Origin: Dehalococcoidia bacterium
GTDB lineage: Bacteria; Chloroflexota; Dehalococcoidia; Lucifugimonadales; UBA1127
Direction: 5' to 3'
Assembly (NCBI GenBank): GCA_965249315.1
Contig: OZ252225.1
Coordinates: 143,141-207,140 of the forward strand
DNA: 64,000 bases
Of this stretch, positions 34,766 to 44,279 are shown piece after piece (positions within the stretch are counted from its first letter, which is position 1; each line of letters begins with the position of its first letter). The translations under genes and the position numbers were made by a program. Below the pieces are notes generated by a model. That model saw nothing but the letters and a program-made list of their open reading frames with translations, searched no databases and was not told where the DNA came from.

Positions 34766-35647
34766 TCATCCTGAGCAGTCTCTCTCCCGCCGTAGCTCGC
34801 GGAGGAAGTCGATGTCCTCCTGCCGAAGGGGCGCGTCGGGAGGAAGACCCTGCGACTCGCGCACGAGGAGGTCCAATTCGCCTTCGAGGCTGCTGTCCCG
34901 GAGGGCGTCGTAGACCTGTGACGTCACAAGCCCATCACGCCCGAATCGCCGGACCGTGGCGAAGGCGTCCCGAAGGTTGGGACGGTCGCGTCCGTAGTAG
35001 TCACGGGCGCGTTGGACGTTGTTGTAGGCCTCGAAGTTCTCGCACGCCACGAGGACCATTCCCATGAGACGCACGTCCTCCGGCGCGCCCTCCATGCGCT
35101 CCGGGTAGTAGTAGTAGAGGATGACCTGCTCCATCCAGGGATCCACTGTGACACCGAGCGTTTGCAGGTCACGCTTCTTCTGGTCCAGAATCCTTCGGAC
35201 GCGCCGGTCGAAGGCCATGCGCATCTCCACGTGTTGTACCACGCTGTCGTTCACAGCGAGACCGGTAGCTTCCAGCGCCGGACGCGCTAGATCGAGGAAG
35301 GCTTCCGTGGCGTGTTCCTTCGAGATGTGAGGATAGCGTCGGACCAGCTCGCCGACCCGCACGGGAAGGCCCGCCGCCTGGGCTGACTGGAAGATTCGGC
35401 CGAACAGGACGGCGTCCATGCCCGCGCGGCCGATGTCGTGGAGGAGAGCGGTGACCTCCAGCTTCCGGAGCGTTTCGCCGGAGACGCCGAGGCGCCGAGC
35501 GACGTTCAAGACGATCTCCGTAGTCCTCGCGGCGTGCGCCTTGTCGTAGCCCGCTATGACGCTCCCAGGACGCTGGGGGTCCGGCACGTCGTAGAGCGCT
35601 AGGATGGCTGCGCGATCGATGGCTGGGGGCTCCTTCTTCTTCGTCAT
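34766..35647 (-). CDS. HD-domain metal-dependent phosphohydrolase
   Basis: An H...HD signature (ALLHDIGRAG). The start overlaps the miaA stop (ATGA). Confidence 0.75.
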   Translation of the reverse strand: MTKKKEPPAIDRAAILALYDVPDPQRPGSVIAGYDKAHAARTTEIVLNVARRLGVSGETLRKLEVTALLHDIGRAGMDAVLFGRIFQSAQAAGLPVRVGELVRRYPHISKEHATEAFLDLARPALEATGLAVNDSVVQHVEMRMAFDRRVRRILDQKKRDLQTLGVTVDPWMEQVILYYYYPERMEGAPEDVRLMGMVLVACENFEAYNNVQRARDYYGRDRPNLRDAFATVRRFGRDGLVTSQVYDALRDSSLEGELDLLVRESQGLPPDAPLRQEDIDFLRELRRERDCSG

Positions 35648-36639
35648 GGCTTATCTGGGAGCCTTGCTGCCGCTTTCGCCAGGGGAAGGCGCTCCGCCAT
35701 CACACGCCCCGCCTGGTGTTCCTCCGTGCCGTCGGCGGTCAGCCAGTGGATGCGAGGATCTGCAGGCTTGAACCACGCGTACTGGCGGCGGGCCAGGCGA
35801 TGGTGGGCCGTCTTGATCCGCTGGGACGCCTCCGACAAGGGAATCTCGCCGGCAAGGTGACGGGCGAGCTCTCGGTAGCCCATGCTGGACAAGGACGGAA
35901 GGTCGGGCGAATAGCCCGCTGCAAGGATACGCCGCACCTCCTCTACCCATCCGGCGGCCAGCATCCCCTCCACCCGTGCATCGAGGCGGCGGTAGAGCTC
36001 GGACCGCGAGGGCGCGTCCAGGCCCAGTACCAAGGCATCGTAGGGCGGAGGCCGCTTTCCTCGTACCTGGGCGAGAGGAGTGCCGGTGGCCGAGTGGACC
36101 TCCAAGGCGCGCACCACTCGTCGGACGTTCCGAGGCTCGATGCTCGCTGCCGCCTCCGGGTCGACGTTCTCCAGGCGGCGGTGCAAGGTTGCGTACCCCT
36201 CACGCTCGGCCAGGGCGGTCAGCTCGGCGCGGAGGCTGGGTTGCGGCGGCGCCACGGGCGTTTGCCAGCCTTCGAGCAGGGCCCATGCGTACTGGCCCGT
36301 GCCGCCTACGAAGATGGGCAGTGCGCCTCGGCTGTGGACGTTGGCAATGGCTTCGCGGGCCAGAGAAAGGAAACGGACCAGGCTGAACTCCTCGTCCGGG
36401 TCCGCAACATCGTAGAGATAGTGGGGGATGCTGGTGCGGGCTTCGAGGGAAGGCTTCGCTGTGCCGACGTCCATGCTCCGGTAAACCTGGCGGCTGTCGA
36501 CGTTGATGATCTCGCCGCGATGGCGCCGGGCCAAGTTGAAGGCCAGTGCACTCTTCCCGACGCCCGTGGGGCCAACAACGGCCAGGAGAGGAGCTGCGCC
36601 AAGAGGGGGGGCACTGTACTGGTCTCTGTCCACGCCCAC
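35644..36639 (-). CDS. miaA: tRNA dimethylallyltransferase
   Basis: P-loop GPTGVGKS and DSRQVYRSMDVGTAKPS. GTG start. Confidence 0.92.
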   Translation of the reverse strand: MGVDRDQYSAPPLGAAPLLAVVGPTGVGKSALAFNLARRHRGEIINVDSRQVYRSMDVGTAKPSLEARTSIPHYLYDVADPDEEFSLVRFLSLAREAIANVHSRGALPIFVGGTGQYAWALLEGWQTPVAPPQPSLRAELTALAEREGYATLHRRLENVDPEAAASIEPRNVRRVVRALEVHSATGTPLAQVRGKRPPPYDALVLGLDAPSRSELYRRLDARVEGMLAAGWVEEVRRILAAGYSPDLPSLSSMGYRELARHLAGEIPLSEASQRIKTAHHRLARRQYAWFKPADPRIHWLTADGTEEHQAGRVMAERLPLAKAAARLPDKP

Positions 36640-36656
36640 AATGTCACCGTAAGGCC

Positions 36657-37436
36657 TTACTGCCCCGGGTCGCCGCTTCCCTTCGCTCGAGCCGTGATGC
36701 GCACGATCTCAGCAAAGTCATTGGCCTTCAGGCTGGCGCCGCCAACCAGGGCGCCGTGGACCGCTGGCAGGGAGGCGAACTCTTCGATATTGCCAGGGTT
36801 GACACTGCCGCCGTAGAGGAGCGGGACCTCCAGGGCGGCGTGCTCCCCAAAGATCGCGGCCAGGCCGCCAAGGATGGGGCCGCCCATGATGTGGGCCGCA
36901 ATGTCGGGGGTGGCCGCGACGCCGGTGCCGATGGCCCACACGGGCTCGTAGGCGATTGCCAGCCCTCCGGGGGCTTCAACGGTCTCGAGGGCTGCCTGGA
37001 GCTGGGCCCCGACGACCGCCTCTGCCTCTCCTGCGCGTCGCTGCTCCAAGGTCTCGCCGACACACAGAATGGGGGAGAGGCCCGCGGCGAGGGCGGCCTG
37101 CACCTTGCGGGCTATCGCTTCATCCGTCTCGCCGAAGTGCTGCCGTCGCTCCGAGTGGCCGATGATGACGAACTCGCAGAGCTCCGCCAACATGGGAGGC
37201 GCCACCTCACCGGTGAAGGCCCCCTTCTCTTCGAAGTGCATGTTCTGGGCCCCAAGGTGGATCCGGGAGCCTTCGAGGATGTCCCTGCAGACCAGGAGAT
37301 AGGGGAAGGGCGGACAGACCACCACCTCTACATCGGAGATGCCTGGGAGCTGTCCCCGCAGCCCCTGCGTAAGGGCACGGGCCTCCTCCAAGGTGGTATG
37401 CATCTTCCAGTTGCCGGCGACGATCGGCGTGGGCAC
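36657..37436 (-). CDS. tpiA: triosephosphate isomerase
   Basis: AGNWKMH, IIGHSERR and AYEPVWAIGTG. Start set at GTG 37436, preceded by AAGGAGG plus 5 nt. The ORF's extension to 37487 is rejected. Confidence 0.92.
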   Translation of the reverse strand: MPTPIVAGNWKMHTTLEEARALTQGLRGQLPGISDVEVVVCPPFPYLLVCRDILEGSRIHLGAQNMHFEEKGAFTGEVAPPMLAELCEFVIIGHSERRQHFGETDEAIARKVQAALAAGLSPILCVGETLEQRRAGEAEAVVGAQLQAALETVEAPGGLAIAYEPVWAIGTGVAATPDIAAHIMGGPILGGLAAIFGEHAALEVPLLYGGSVNPGNIEEFASLPAVHGALVGGASLKANDFAEIVRITARAKGSGDPGQ

Positions 37437-37526
37437 AGCGGCCTCCTTGCGTGCGCAGAGGCTAGCGCAGCAGATGCTTCGGCGCAAGGGCCGGGTACGA
37501 CAGGCATAAGGCGTAGACGGTGGCGA

Positions 37527-38732
37527 CTATGGTCCGAACTTGGTGAGCTTGCCAGCGTGGGCCAGTGCCAGAAGCATGGCCTGGTTTGCCGGAAGTGTCC
37601 CAAGTGAGCCCGTCGCGCAGGCCCGCTCGTTGAAAGCTTCGACGCCTTCGCCCAGCGTCCACTGGGAGCGCAGAAGGAAGGGGACGGGGTGCCACGTGTG
37701 ATTCGCCATGATGGCCGGTGTGGCGTGGTCGCCGGCCACCAGAAAGACGTCAGGGTCCAGCTCCAAAAGCGAAGGGATGAAGGCGTCCAACTCCTCCAGG
37801 GCCCGGACCTTGGCCTCGTAGTCGCCGTCCTCGCCTGCGGCGTCGGCGGGCTTGTAGTGGATGTAGAAGAAGTCGTGCTCGCTGTAGTGCCGATACAAGG
37901 CCTGCACCTCTTCGTCGAACGTGGAACCAGCGTCGACCACGTGCATCCCAAGAGTGTGGGCGAGACCGCGATACATGGGGTATGCGGCAATGGCTGCGGG
38001 ATTGAGTCCGTAGGCCGCCCCCATGGCGGGAAGATTGGGCAGGCGGGAGACGCCGCGGAGCAGGAGCATGTTGGCAGGCTGGTGCTCTCGGAGGATGGTT
38101 TGTGCTTGGGCAACGAAGGAGTTGATGGCCTTGGCCGTTCGCTGGCCCTCCGAAGCGGTCGGATGCACTTCCAAAGGGGGCACTCCCAGGCGTCCGGGGT
38201 CCATCTCTGTGACCTGGTCGCTGAGGCCGTCGCCGCGCAGATGGAGAACGAAGCGATAGTCCTTCACCGGGTAGACGAGGGCCTCGACTCCAGGCACCTC
38301 GATGCGGTCCAAGGCGTCGACGAGAGGCGCGGCGGCCTCTGTTGCAATGCGGCCGGCGCGCCGGTCGATGATGTTGCCGTCGGCGTCGACAGTGCAGAAG
38401 TTGCCGCGGGCGGCTATGTCGCCCTCTCGGAGGTCCACATCGATGCCCAGGGCCTCAAGGACCCCGCGTCCGATGAGGTACTTCACAGGATCGTAGCCAA
38501 AGAGGGCCAGATGGCCGGGCCCGCTCCCCGGAGCGATGCCAGGGAGCACGGGCACTGTGAGGCCACACGCGCTCTGCTGTGCCAAGCGGTCCAGGTTCGG
38601 CGTGTGGGCCACCTCAAGCTCCGACCGGCGAGTCTCCGGGTGTGCCAGGCCACCCAGCCCATCCGCCACAAGCATGACGATGGTCGACGGCGTGCTGACG
38701 ACAATATCCTTCAGGTGGGGAAAATCAATCAC
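37527..38732 (-). CDS. apgM: cofactor-independent phosphoglycerate mutase, archaeal-type (ApgM family)
   Basis: 401 aa. LVADGLGG and GDHATP metalloenzyme motifs. GTG start after AGGAGGAG. Sits between pgk and tpiA. Confidence 0.85.
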   Translation of the reverse strand: MIDFPHLKDIVVSTPSTIVMLVADGLGGLAHPETRRSELEVAHTPNLDRLAQQSACGLTVPVLPGIAPGSGPGHLALFGYDPVKYLIGRGVLEALGIDVDLREGDIAARGNFCTVDADGNIIDRRAGRIATEAAAPLVDALDRIEVPGVEALVYPVKDYRFVLHLRGDGLSDQVTEMDPGRLGVPPLEVHPTASEGQRTAKAINSFVAQAQTILREHQPANMLLLRGVSRLPNLPAMGAAYGLNPAAIAAYPMYRGLAHTLGMHVVDAGSTFDEEVQALYRHYSEHDFFYIHYKPADAAGEDGDYEAKVRALEELDAFIPSLLELDPDVFLVAGDHATPAIMANHTWHPVPFLLRSQWTLGEGVEAFNERACATGSLGTLPANQAMLLALAHAGKLTKFGP

Positions 38733-38751
38733 GGGCGCTCCTCCTGACTGC

Positions 38752-39939
38752 TCATGGAGTTTCTGACGTCAACGCGGCCAGGCCGGGCAGATGCTTCCCC
38801 TCCAGGAACTCCAGAGAGGCGCCGCCTCCAGTGGAGACGTGGGTCATGCTGTCGGCGAGGCCGAGGGAGGTGACCGCCTCGCCGGTGGAGCCTCCGCCGA
38901 TGACTGTGGTCGCCGGCAGGGCTGCGATGGTCTCCGCCAGCGTGCGGGTGCCGTGGGAGAAGGCGGAGAACTCAAACACCCCCATAGGCCCGTTCCAGAG
39001 GACCGTGCGGCAGGACTGCAGGGCATGGCGGTAGCGCTGGACGGAGGCTGGGCCAATGTCCAACACGAGCCAATCGGGAGGTAAATCCTGGACCGACACC
39101 GTGCGGTGGGCGGAGTCCGCTGCGAATTCGCTGGCAGCGATGACATCTTCGGGCAGGAGTACCTCCACGCCCCGGCTCTGAGCTTCGGCTAGGAGCTGCC
39201 GGGCCGCATCGACCTGATCGTCTGCTTCGGTAGAGGCGCCTCCGGCGTATGCCTGGGACCGGAAGAACGTAGCAACCATGCCCCCACCAATGAGGATGAC
39301 GTCCACCTTACCGAGGAGGCTCTGAAGTACAGGAAGCTTGTCGCTGACCTTCGCGCCGCCTACCACCAGCGCGAAGGGCCGCTGGGGGTCATGCAGCACC
39401 GCTCCCAGCATCTTCGCCTCTTTCTCGAGGAGGAGGCCGGCGTAGGACGGGAGGACCTCCGTGATTCCAACGGTGGAAGCGTGAGCGCGGTGGGCTGCGC
39501 CAAAGGCATCATTGACGAAGAGGTCTGCGACCGACGCGAGGTCCCGAGCGAATGCAGGATCGTTCTTTTCCTCCCCTGCGTGAAAACGCAGGTTCTCCAG
39601 CAGCAGGACGTCCCTGGGGGCCATGGCCTTCACTGCCGCTGCTACCTCAGGGCCGATGCACTCTCGAACGTAGCCCACGGAGGATCCCAGGAGCTCGCTC
39701 AAGTGCTCGGCCACGGCGCCTAGGCGCAGCGCCTCGTCGATCGCTCCCTTCGGACGACCCAGATGGGAACACAGGACGACCTTGGCACCGTGTTCGCGGA
39801 GGTGGTGGATGGTCGGCAAGGAGGCCTGAAGACGCGTGTCATCAGACACGAGGCCGCCGGCGAAGGGGACGTTGAAGTCCACCCGCACGAGTACCCGCTT
39901 GCCTTCAACATCGGCCCCGCGAAGACCTCGAAGCGCCAT
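38752..39939 (-). CDS. pgk: phosphoglycerate kinase
   Basis: RVDFNVP, GRPKG and STGGGASLEFLEGK. Confidence 0.95.
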   Translation of the reverse strand: MALRGLRGADVEGKRVLVRVDFNVPFAGGLVSDDTRLQASLPTIHHLREHGAKVVLCSHLGRPKGAIDEALRLGAVAEHLSELLGSSVGYVRECIGPEVAAAVKAMAPRDVLLLENLRFHAGEEKNDPAFARDLASVADLFVNDAFGAAHRAHASTVGITEVLPSYAGLLLEKEAKMLGAVLHDPQRPFALVVGGAKVSDKLPVLQSLLGKVDVILIGGGMVATFFRSQAYAGGASTEADDQVDAARQLLAEAQSRGVEVLLPEDVIAASEFAADSAHRTVSVQDLPPDWLVLDIGPASVQRYRHALQSCRTVLWNGPMGVFEFSAFSHGTRTLAETIAALPATTVIGGGSTGEAVTSLGLADSMTHVSTGGGASLEFLEGKHLPGLAALTSETP

Positions 39940-39967
39940 CGCCTCGCTCCTCTTGGAGGTTTAGTCT

Positions 39968-40990
39968 CTAGACCGGGAAAGAGGCCACGAGCCCTGCCCA
40001 CGCTTCCCTGACCGTCGACGGAGGCAGGCCCTGCTCTGCCAGGAGCGCCAGAGCTTCATCGAAGGCGTCCCGGACGAACTGCTGACAGAACTCCCGGGCG
40101 CCCACGCCATCGAGGATGGCCAGCAGGCCAGGGACGTCGGCCGGTTCCAGGACGCGCTTGAGGTACAGAGTACCCAATTGCCGTTTCGTCCGAAGGTCTC
40201 CCTGTTCCAGAGCGTACACCACCGGCAAGGTCTTGCTCTTGTTGAGGATGTCTCCTTGTGGCTGCGTCGTTGCCGCATGTCCCCAAAGGGCGGCAATGTC
40301 CCTGTGCACCTCAAGGGCCAGGCCGAGCTTGCGTCCGGCAGTCGCCACGTCCGCCTGAGTCTCCTCGGAGACACCCGAGAGAAGTGCGCCCAGCTGCCCA
40401 GCACACCCGAGGAGGGCGCCCGTGCGCGCTTCGGCCATGCGCAGGTATGCCGCTCGGGTGACGTCGATGCGGTCCTGGAGCACGAGGTCCGTGTACTGCC
40501 CTTCACAGAGTCCCAGGCATGCCTGATCAAGGATGCGGGTGGCCTTCAGGACCATCTCGTCGGGGACGCCGGCGCAGCTCAGCCCGAAAAGGGCCAGGCG
40601 GGCCAGCGCATGAAGGCCGTCTCCGGCGTTGATGGCCTGGCCCGGCCCCCAGTGCCACCACACTGCGGGCCGGTGGTCGCGCTCAGGGTTCCCATTTTGG
40701 ATGTCGTCGTGGATAAGGGAGAAGTTGTGGACCAACTCAACAGCAGCGGCGGCCGGGAGGGCTCGGTCAACATCTCCGCCCAGGAGGCTACAGGTGAGCA
40801 GGCACCAGGAGGCATGGAGGCGCGGGGTTGCCCGCGGGGCCTGCGCGATTCCTTGTTCGTCCACCCAACCCATATGGTATTCCATCAGTCGATAGAGGGG
40901 CTGGGAACGGTCCTGGAGCGTGGCCCGCAGCGCAGTCTCGATGGACTGCGAGAGCTGGAACAGGTTGGGCGGTGCAGGTGGCGTGGGCAT
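39968..40990 (-). CDS. polyprenyl synthetase-fold protein with non-canonical Asp-rich motifs
   Basis: Trans-IPPS-like helices. The first motif reads IHDDIQNGNPERDHR and the second-motif position reads LEVHRDIAALWG. The start ATG shares its A with the tsaC stop (TAATG). Confidence 0.7.
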   Translation of the reverse strand: MPTPPAPPNLFQLSQSIETALRATLQDRSQPLYRLMEYHMGWVDEQGIAQAPRATPRLHASWCLLTCSLLGGDVDRALPAAAAVELVHNFSLIHDDIQNGNPERDHRPAVWWHWGPGQAINAGDGLHALARLALFGLSCAGVPDEMVLKATRILDQACLGLCEGQYTDLVLQDRIDVTRAAYLRMAEARTGALLGCAGQLGALLSGVSEETQADVATAGRKLGLALEVHRDIAALWGHAATTQPQGDILNKSKTLPVVYALEQGDLRTKRQLGTLYLKRVLEPADVPGLLAILDGVGAREFCQQFVRDAFDEALALLAEQGLPPSTVREAWAGLVASFPV

Positions 40991-41631
40991 TAGCGGGCAG
41001 GTGCAGGGAGCGCGTCGCCCCAAGCCGCCGCCAGCGTCTCCCAGGAGATGGCGCCAAGGCGCAGGATTCGGGGCGGGCTTTGCGTTATGTCGAGAACTGT
41101 GGAGGCACGACCAGCCGGCGGAGGGCCGGCTTCAATGATCAATCCAACGCGGTCTCCGAGCTGCCGGCGGACCTCCTTTGCGGTGTGGGGAGACGGGCCA
41201 CCGCTCCAGTTGGCGCTGGTCCCGGTGATGGGAGAGCCGAGGAGGCGGGAGAGCTCGCGGGGCACGGGGTGGTCCGGGACGCGGACGGCAACCGTCCATC
41301 CTCGCGCGGCCATGATTGCAGGCACGCGAGAGGCCCGGGGCACAACTAGCGTGAGGGGTCCCGGCCAGAACCTGCGCGCGAGGGCCCAGGCCACGGACGG
41401 AACATGGTCTGAGACCAGGGAGAGGGCCTCCGGTCCGGAGAGGAGGACAGGAAGCGGCATGCCTTGTGGTCGCTCTTTGATCTCGAAGACCTTCTCGACC
41501 GCCGCGGGTTGGAAAATATCCGCTCCCAGGCCGTAGAGGGTGTCTGTGGGGTAGGCAACGACGCCGCCTTGGCGCAGAATGTTGACGCCGTGGGCGACCT
41601 GCTCCCTCAACGAGTGTCCGTAGGACTGCAC
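40990..41631 (-). CDS. tsaC: L-threonylcarbamoyladenylate synthase (TsaC/YrdC family)
   Basis: GGVVAYPTDTLYGLGAD motif. Start proposed at GTG 41631, with AGGAGG 9 nt upstream. The ORF opens at 41787, and ATG 41715 is an alternative. Confidence 0.8.
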   Translation of the reverse strand: MQSYGHSLREQVAHGVNILRQGGVVAYPTDTLYGLGADIFQPAAVEKVFEIKERPQGMPLPVLLSGPEALSLVSDHVPSVAWALARRFWPGPLTLVVPRASRVPAIMAARGWTVAVRVPDHPVPRELSRLLGSPITGTSANWSGGPSPHTAKEVRRQLGDRVGLIIEAGPPPAGRASTVLDITQSPPRILRLGAISWETLAAAWGDALPAPAR

Positions 41632-41698
41632 CAGAGCGGGCCTCCTGGGGGGCACGGGTATAGACGGAAAAACAGCGGTTGAGACGGCCTTCCGTATC

Positions 41699-41727
41699 TT
41701 GACCGAGTATACCATGGATGGTAGTCT
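41699..41727 (+). promoter_or_regulatory. promoter candidate for guaA
   Basis: TTGACC, 17-nt spacer, TAGTCT. This would place the transcription start after ATG 41718 and so favour ATG 41760 as the guaA start. Confidence 0.3.
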
Positions 41728-41759
41728 GCCATAGACCCGCGACGAAAACCGTAGGGATA

Positions 41760-43427
41760 ATGCCAGAACCCGAGAGGCCCGCTTCAAGCCGCCACATCGC
41801 CACCAGCGACGACCTGGAGATTTCCGCCTATTTGGAGATCGCCGAAGGGAAACTCGGCCAGGTAGCCGCTACAGACGAGCCGCAGGGTGCAGAAGAGGCG
41901 ATCGTGGTACTGGACTACGGCTCCCAGTACAGCCGACTCATCGCCCGCCGCGTCCGAGAGTGTCGCGTCTACTGCGAGATCCATCCGCACGACGTTTCCG
42001 AGGAGCAACTGGCGCACCTGAACATCAAAGGGTTTATTCTGTCGGGCGGTCCCAACAGCGTGTACGACGTCGGGGCCCCGCAAATCATTCCACGAGTGCT
42101 GGAGGGGAAGGCGCCGGTCCTGGGGATCTGCTACGGGATGCAGGCCCTGGCGTACCACCTGGGCGGTAAGGTCGCACCAACGCCGGTGCGGGAGTACGGC
42201 CACGCCGTCCTCCACCAGGACGCCAGCGGACACCCTCTCTTCACCGACCTGCCCCCATCGCTTCCGGTGTGGATGAGCCACGGGGACCAAGTGCTGGAAC
42301 CTCCCCCGGGCTTCCGCTCCATGGCCAACACTGAGAATTCGCCCATCGCCGTCATGGGAAACGACGCAGGCGTCATTGGGCTGCAGTTCCACCCTGAGGT
42401 GGTCCACACGCCCGCGGGGCGGCAGATCATCGACAACTTCCTCCGGCACGTGTGCGGGTGCCGAGGAACGTGGACACCGGGGAACTTCATCGCCGAGACG
42501 GTGAAGCGGGTCCGCGAGCAGGTAGGAGGGGGACGGGTCATCTGTGCGCTGTCGGGCGGGGTGGACTCGGCCGTGACGGCGATGCTCGTCCATCACGCGG
42601 TGGAGAGCCAGCTGACCTGCATCTTCGTGGACAACGGCCTCCTTCGCAGAGAGGAGCCCGAGCGCGTCCTGAGAACCTTTCGACAAGGCGTAGGACTCAA
42701 CCTGGTTCACGTGGATGCTGCTGACCGTTTCCTCACGGCCCTACAGGATGTGGACGACCCTGAGCGGAAGCGACGAGTCATCGGAGAGACCTTCATCCGG
42801 GTCTTCGAGGACGCAGCGGAGGAGATGGAGGAAGTGGGTTTCCTCGCCCAGGGCACGCTCTACCCAGACGTAATCGAAAGCAGCCCGCGGGAGACCACCG
42901 CAGCTGCGAAGATAAAGAGCCACCACAACGTGGGCGGACTGCCTGAGACAATGCGCCTCTCTCTCGTGGAGCCCCTTCGCTACCTCTTCAAGGACGAGGT
43001 GCGCGAGGTGGGAATCGCCCTGGGCCTGCCCGAGGATATGGTCTATCGCCAGCCCTTCCCCGGTCCGGGCCTGGCCATCCGAGTCCTGGGAGACGTTACC
43101 CCAGAGAAGGTGGAGATCCTGCGCGCCTGTGACTGGATCGTTATGGACGAGATCAAAGGCGCGGACCTCTACAGGCAACTGTGGCAGAGCTTTGCCGTGT
43201 TGACGGATGCAAGAAGCGTCGGCGTTATGGGAGACCATCGCACCTATGGGCACGTCGTAGCGATTCGAGCCGTCACCTCGGAGGATGCCATGACCGCGGA
43301 CTGGGCCCGTCTTCCTTACGAAGTCCTGGCTCGAATCTCCTCGCGCATCGTGAACGAAGTGCCGCAAGTCAACCGGGTGGTCTACGACGTCACCTCCAAG
43401 CCGCCGGGAACCATAGAATGGGAGTAG
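41760..43427 (+). CDS. guaA: GMP synthase (glutamine-hydrolysing)
   Basis: GATase Cys GICYGMQ, PP-loop SGGVDS, and C-terminal dimerisation domain ending PPGTIEWE. The start is uncertain because the N-terminal leader is unusually long. Confidence 0.93.
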   Translation: MPEPERPASSRHIATSDDLEISAYLEIAEGKLGQVAATDEPQGAEEAIVVLDYGSQYSRLIARRVRECRVYCEIHPHDVSEEQLAHLNIKGFILSGGPNSVYDVGAPQIIPRVLEGKAPVLGICYGMQALAYHLGGKVAPTPVREYGHAVLHQDASGHPLFTDLPPSLPVWMSHGDQVLEPPPGFRSMANTENSPIAVMGNDAGVIGLQFHPEVVHTPAGRQIIDNFLRHVCGCRGTWTPGNFIAETVKRVREQVGGGRVICALSGGVDSAVTAMLVHHAVESQLTCIFVDNGLLRREEPERVLRTFRQGVGLNLVHVDAADRFLTALQDVDDPERKRRVIGETFIRVFEDAAEEMEEVGFLAQGTLYPDVIESSPRETTAAAKIKSHHNVGGLPETMRLSLVEPLRYLFKDEVREVGIALGLPEDMVYRQPFPGPGLAIRVLGDVTPEKVEILRACDWIVMDEIKGADLYRQLWQSFAVLTDARSVGVMGDHRTYGHVVAIRAVTSEDAMTADWARLPYEVLARISSRIVNEVPQVNRVVYDVTSKPPGTIEWE

Positions 43428-43436
43428 TCTCGCCTC

Positions 43437-43480
43437 TTGACGTGGGAGGGAGGTTGGGCTAGCGTTGTAGTGCACAACAA
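43437..43480 (+). promoter_or_regulatory. promoter plus near-palindromic operator candidate of the toxin-antitoxin pair
   Basis: TTGACG (43437), 17-nt spacer, TAGCGT (43460). It overlaps TTGTAGTGCACAACAA (43465..43480), which is 14/16 self-complementary. GGAGAGG precedes ATG 43492. Confidence 0.4.
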
Positions 43481-43491
43481 CGGAGAGGCGC

Positions 43492-43854
43492 ATGGACTAT
43501 GAGATGGAGGGCTTCATCACCGTTCCGGAGGCCGCGCAGCGGTTGAGCCGATCGACAGAGCAGGTGCGGCGTTACCTCCGGGAAGGGAAGTTGGCCGGGA
43601 GACGTATAGGGAACCAGTGGTTCATACGTGAGCCAGCCGTCCTCTATCAGACACAACCAGTGGAGACGGAGGCCCAACGGCAAGAAAGCTCAGGCGAAGA
43701 CGGGGGATGGCCAGCCATGAGAGACGAGAGGATGGAGATTCACGACAGGATCGGCAGGCACAGGGCGGAGATCCGCCGCCATTGGGAGGCCGCCGGCATA
43801 GTGGTTGACGCGGCGGAGTTGGTGCGCGACCTCCGCGAAGAAGAGGCACGTTAG
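43492..43854 (+). CDS. antitoxin with an excisionase/MerR-type helix-turn-helix domain (VapB-position)
   Basis: ITVPEAAQRLSRSTEQVRRYLREGKLAGRRIGNQWFI matches HTH_17-type domains. Its stop lies 2 nt before the PIN gene start. Confidence 0.75.
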   Translation: MDYEMEGFITVPEAAQRLSRSTEQVRRYLREGKLAGRRIGNQWFIREPAVLYQTQPVETEAQRQESSGEDGGWPAMRDERMEIHDRIGRHRAEIRRHWEAAGIVVDAAELVRDLREEEAR

Positions 43855-43856
43855 GC

Positions 43857-44279
43857 TTGCCTCTCCGCTGCGTCGACGCCAGCTTCGTCGTGGCCTGGTT
43901 GGTGCCCTCGCAAGGGTCGACGGCGGTGGAGGAGGCGTGGCTCGCCTACGCAACCGGCCAGGATGACTTCGTCGCCCCGGCCCTGCTCTACCCCGAGACC
44001 ATCTCGGCGATACGTCGCCTGGCGTGGCGGGGTCTCCTCTCCGAGCAAGGGGCGAGGCGGCTGCTCACCGACTTCCTGACATTGGACATACCCACCCATA
44101 CGCCCTCCGGCCTCTACCAGCGGGCCTACGAACTGGCGGCCCGCTACAGTCTTTCGACCGTCTACGATATGTGCTACCTGGCGTTGGCAGAGCAGTTCTC
44201 CTGCGACCTCCTGACCCTGGATGCTCGTATGCACTCCGCAGCGCAATGGGACTTCCCACGCCTCAGACTGGTGCAGTGA
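43857..44279 (+). CDS. vapC: PIN-domain ribonuclease toxin (VapC-like)
   Basis: 140 aa. Acidic residues sit at PIN positions (VDASF near the N-terminus, PETISA, YDMCYLALAE, LLTLDARM). TTG start. Confidence 0.75.
   Translation: MPLRCVDASFVVAWLVPSQGSTAVEEAWLAYATGQDDFVAPALLYPETISAIRRLAWRGLLSEQGARRLLTDFLTLDIPTHTPSGLYQRAYELAARYSLSTVYDMCYLALAEQFSCDLLTLDARMHSAAQWDFPRLRLVQ

Noticed and set aside
37328-38113. 261-aa minus-strand ORF overlapping apgM in another frame.
   Set aside because: It is out of frame with a motif-supported gene on the same strand, with Pro/Ser/Thr/Arg-rich composition. Artefact.
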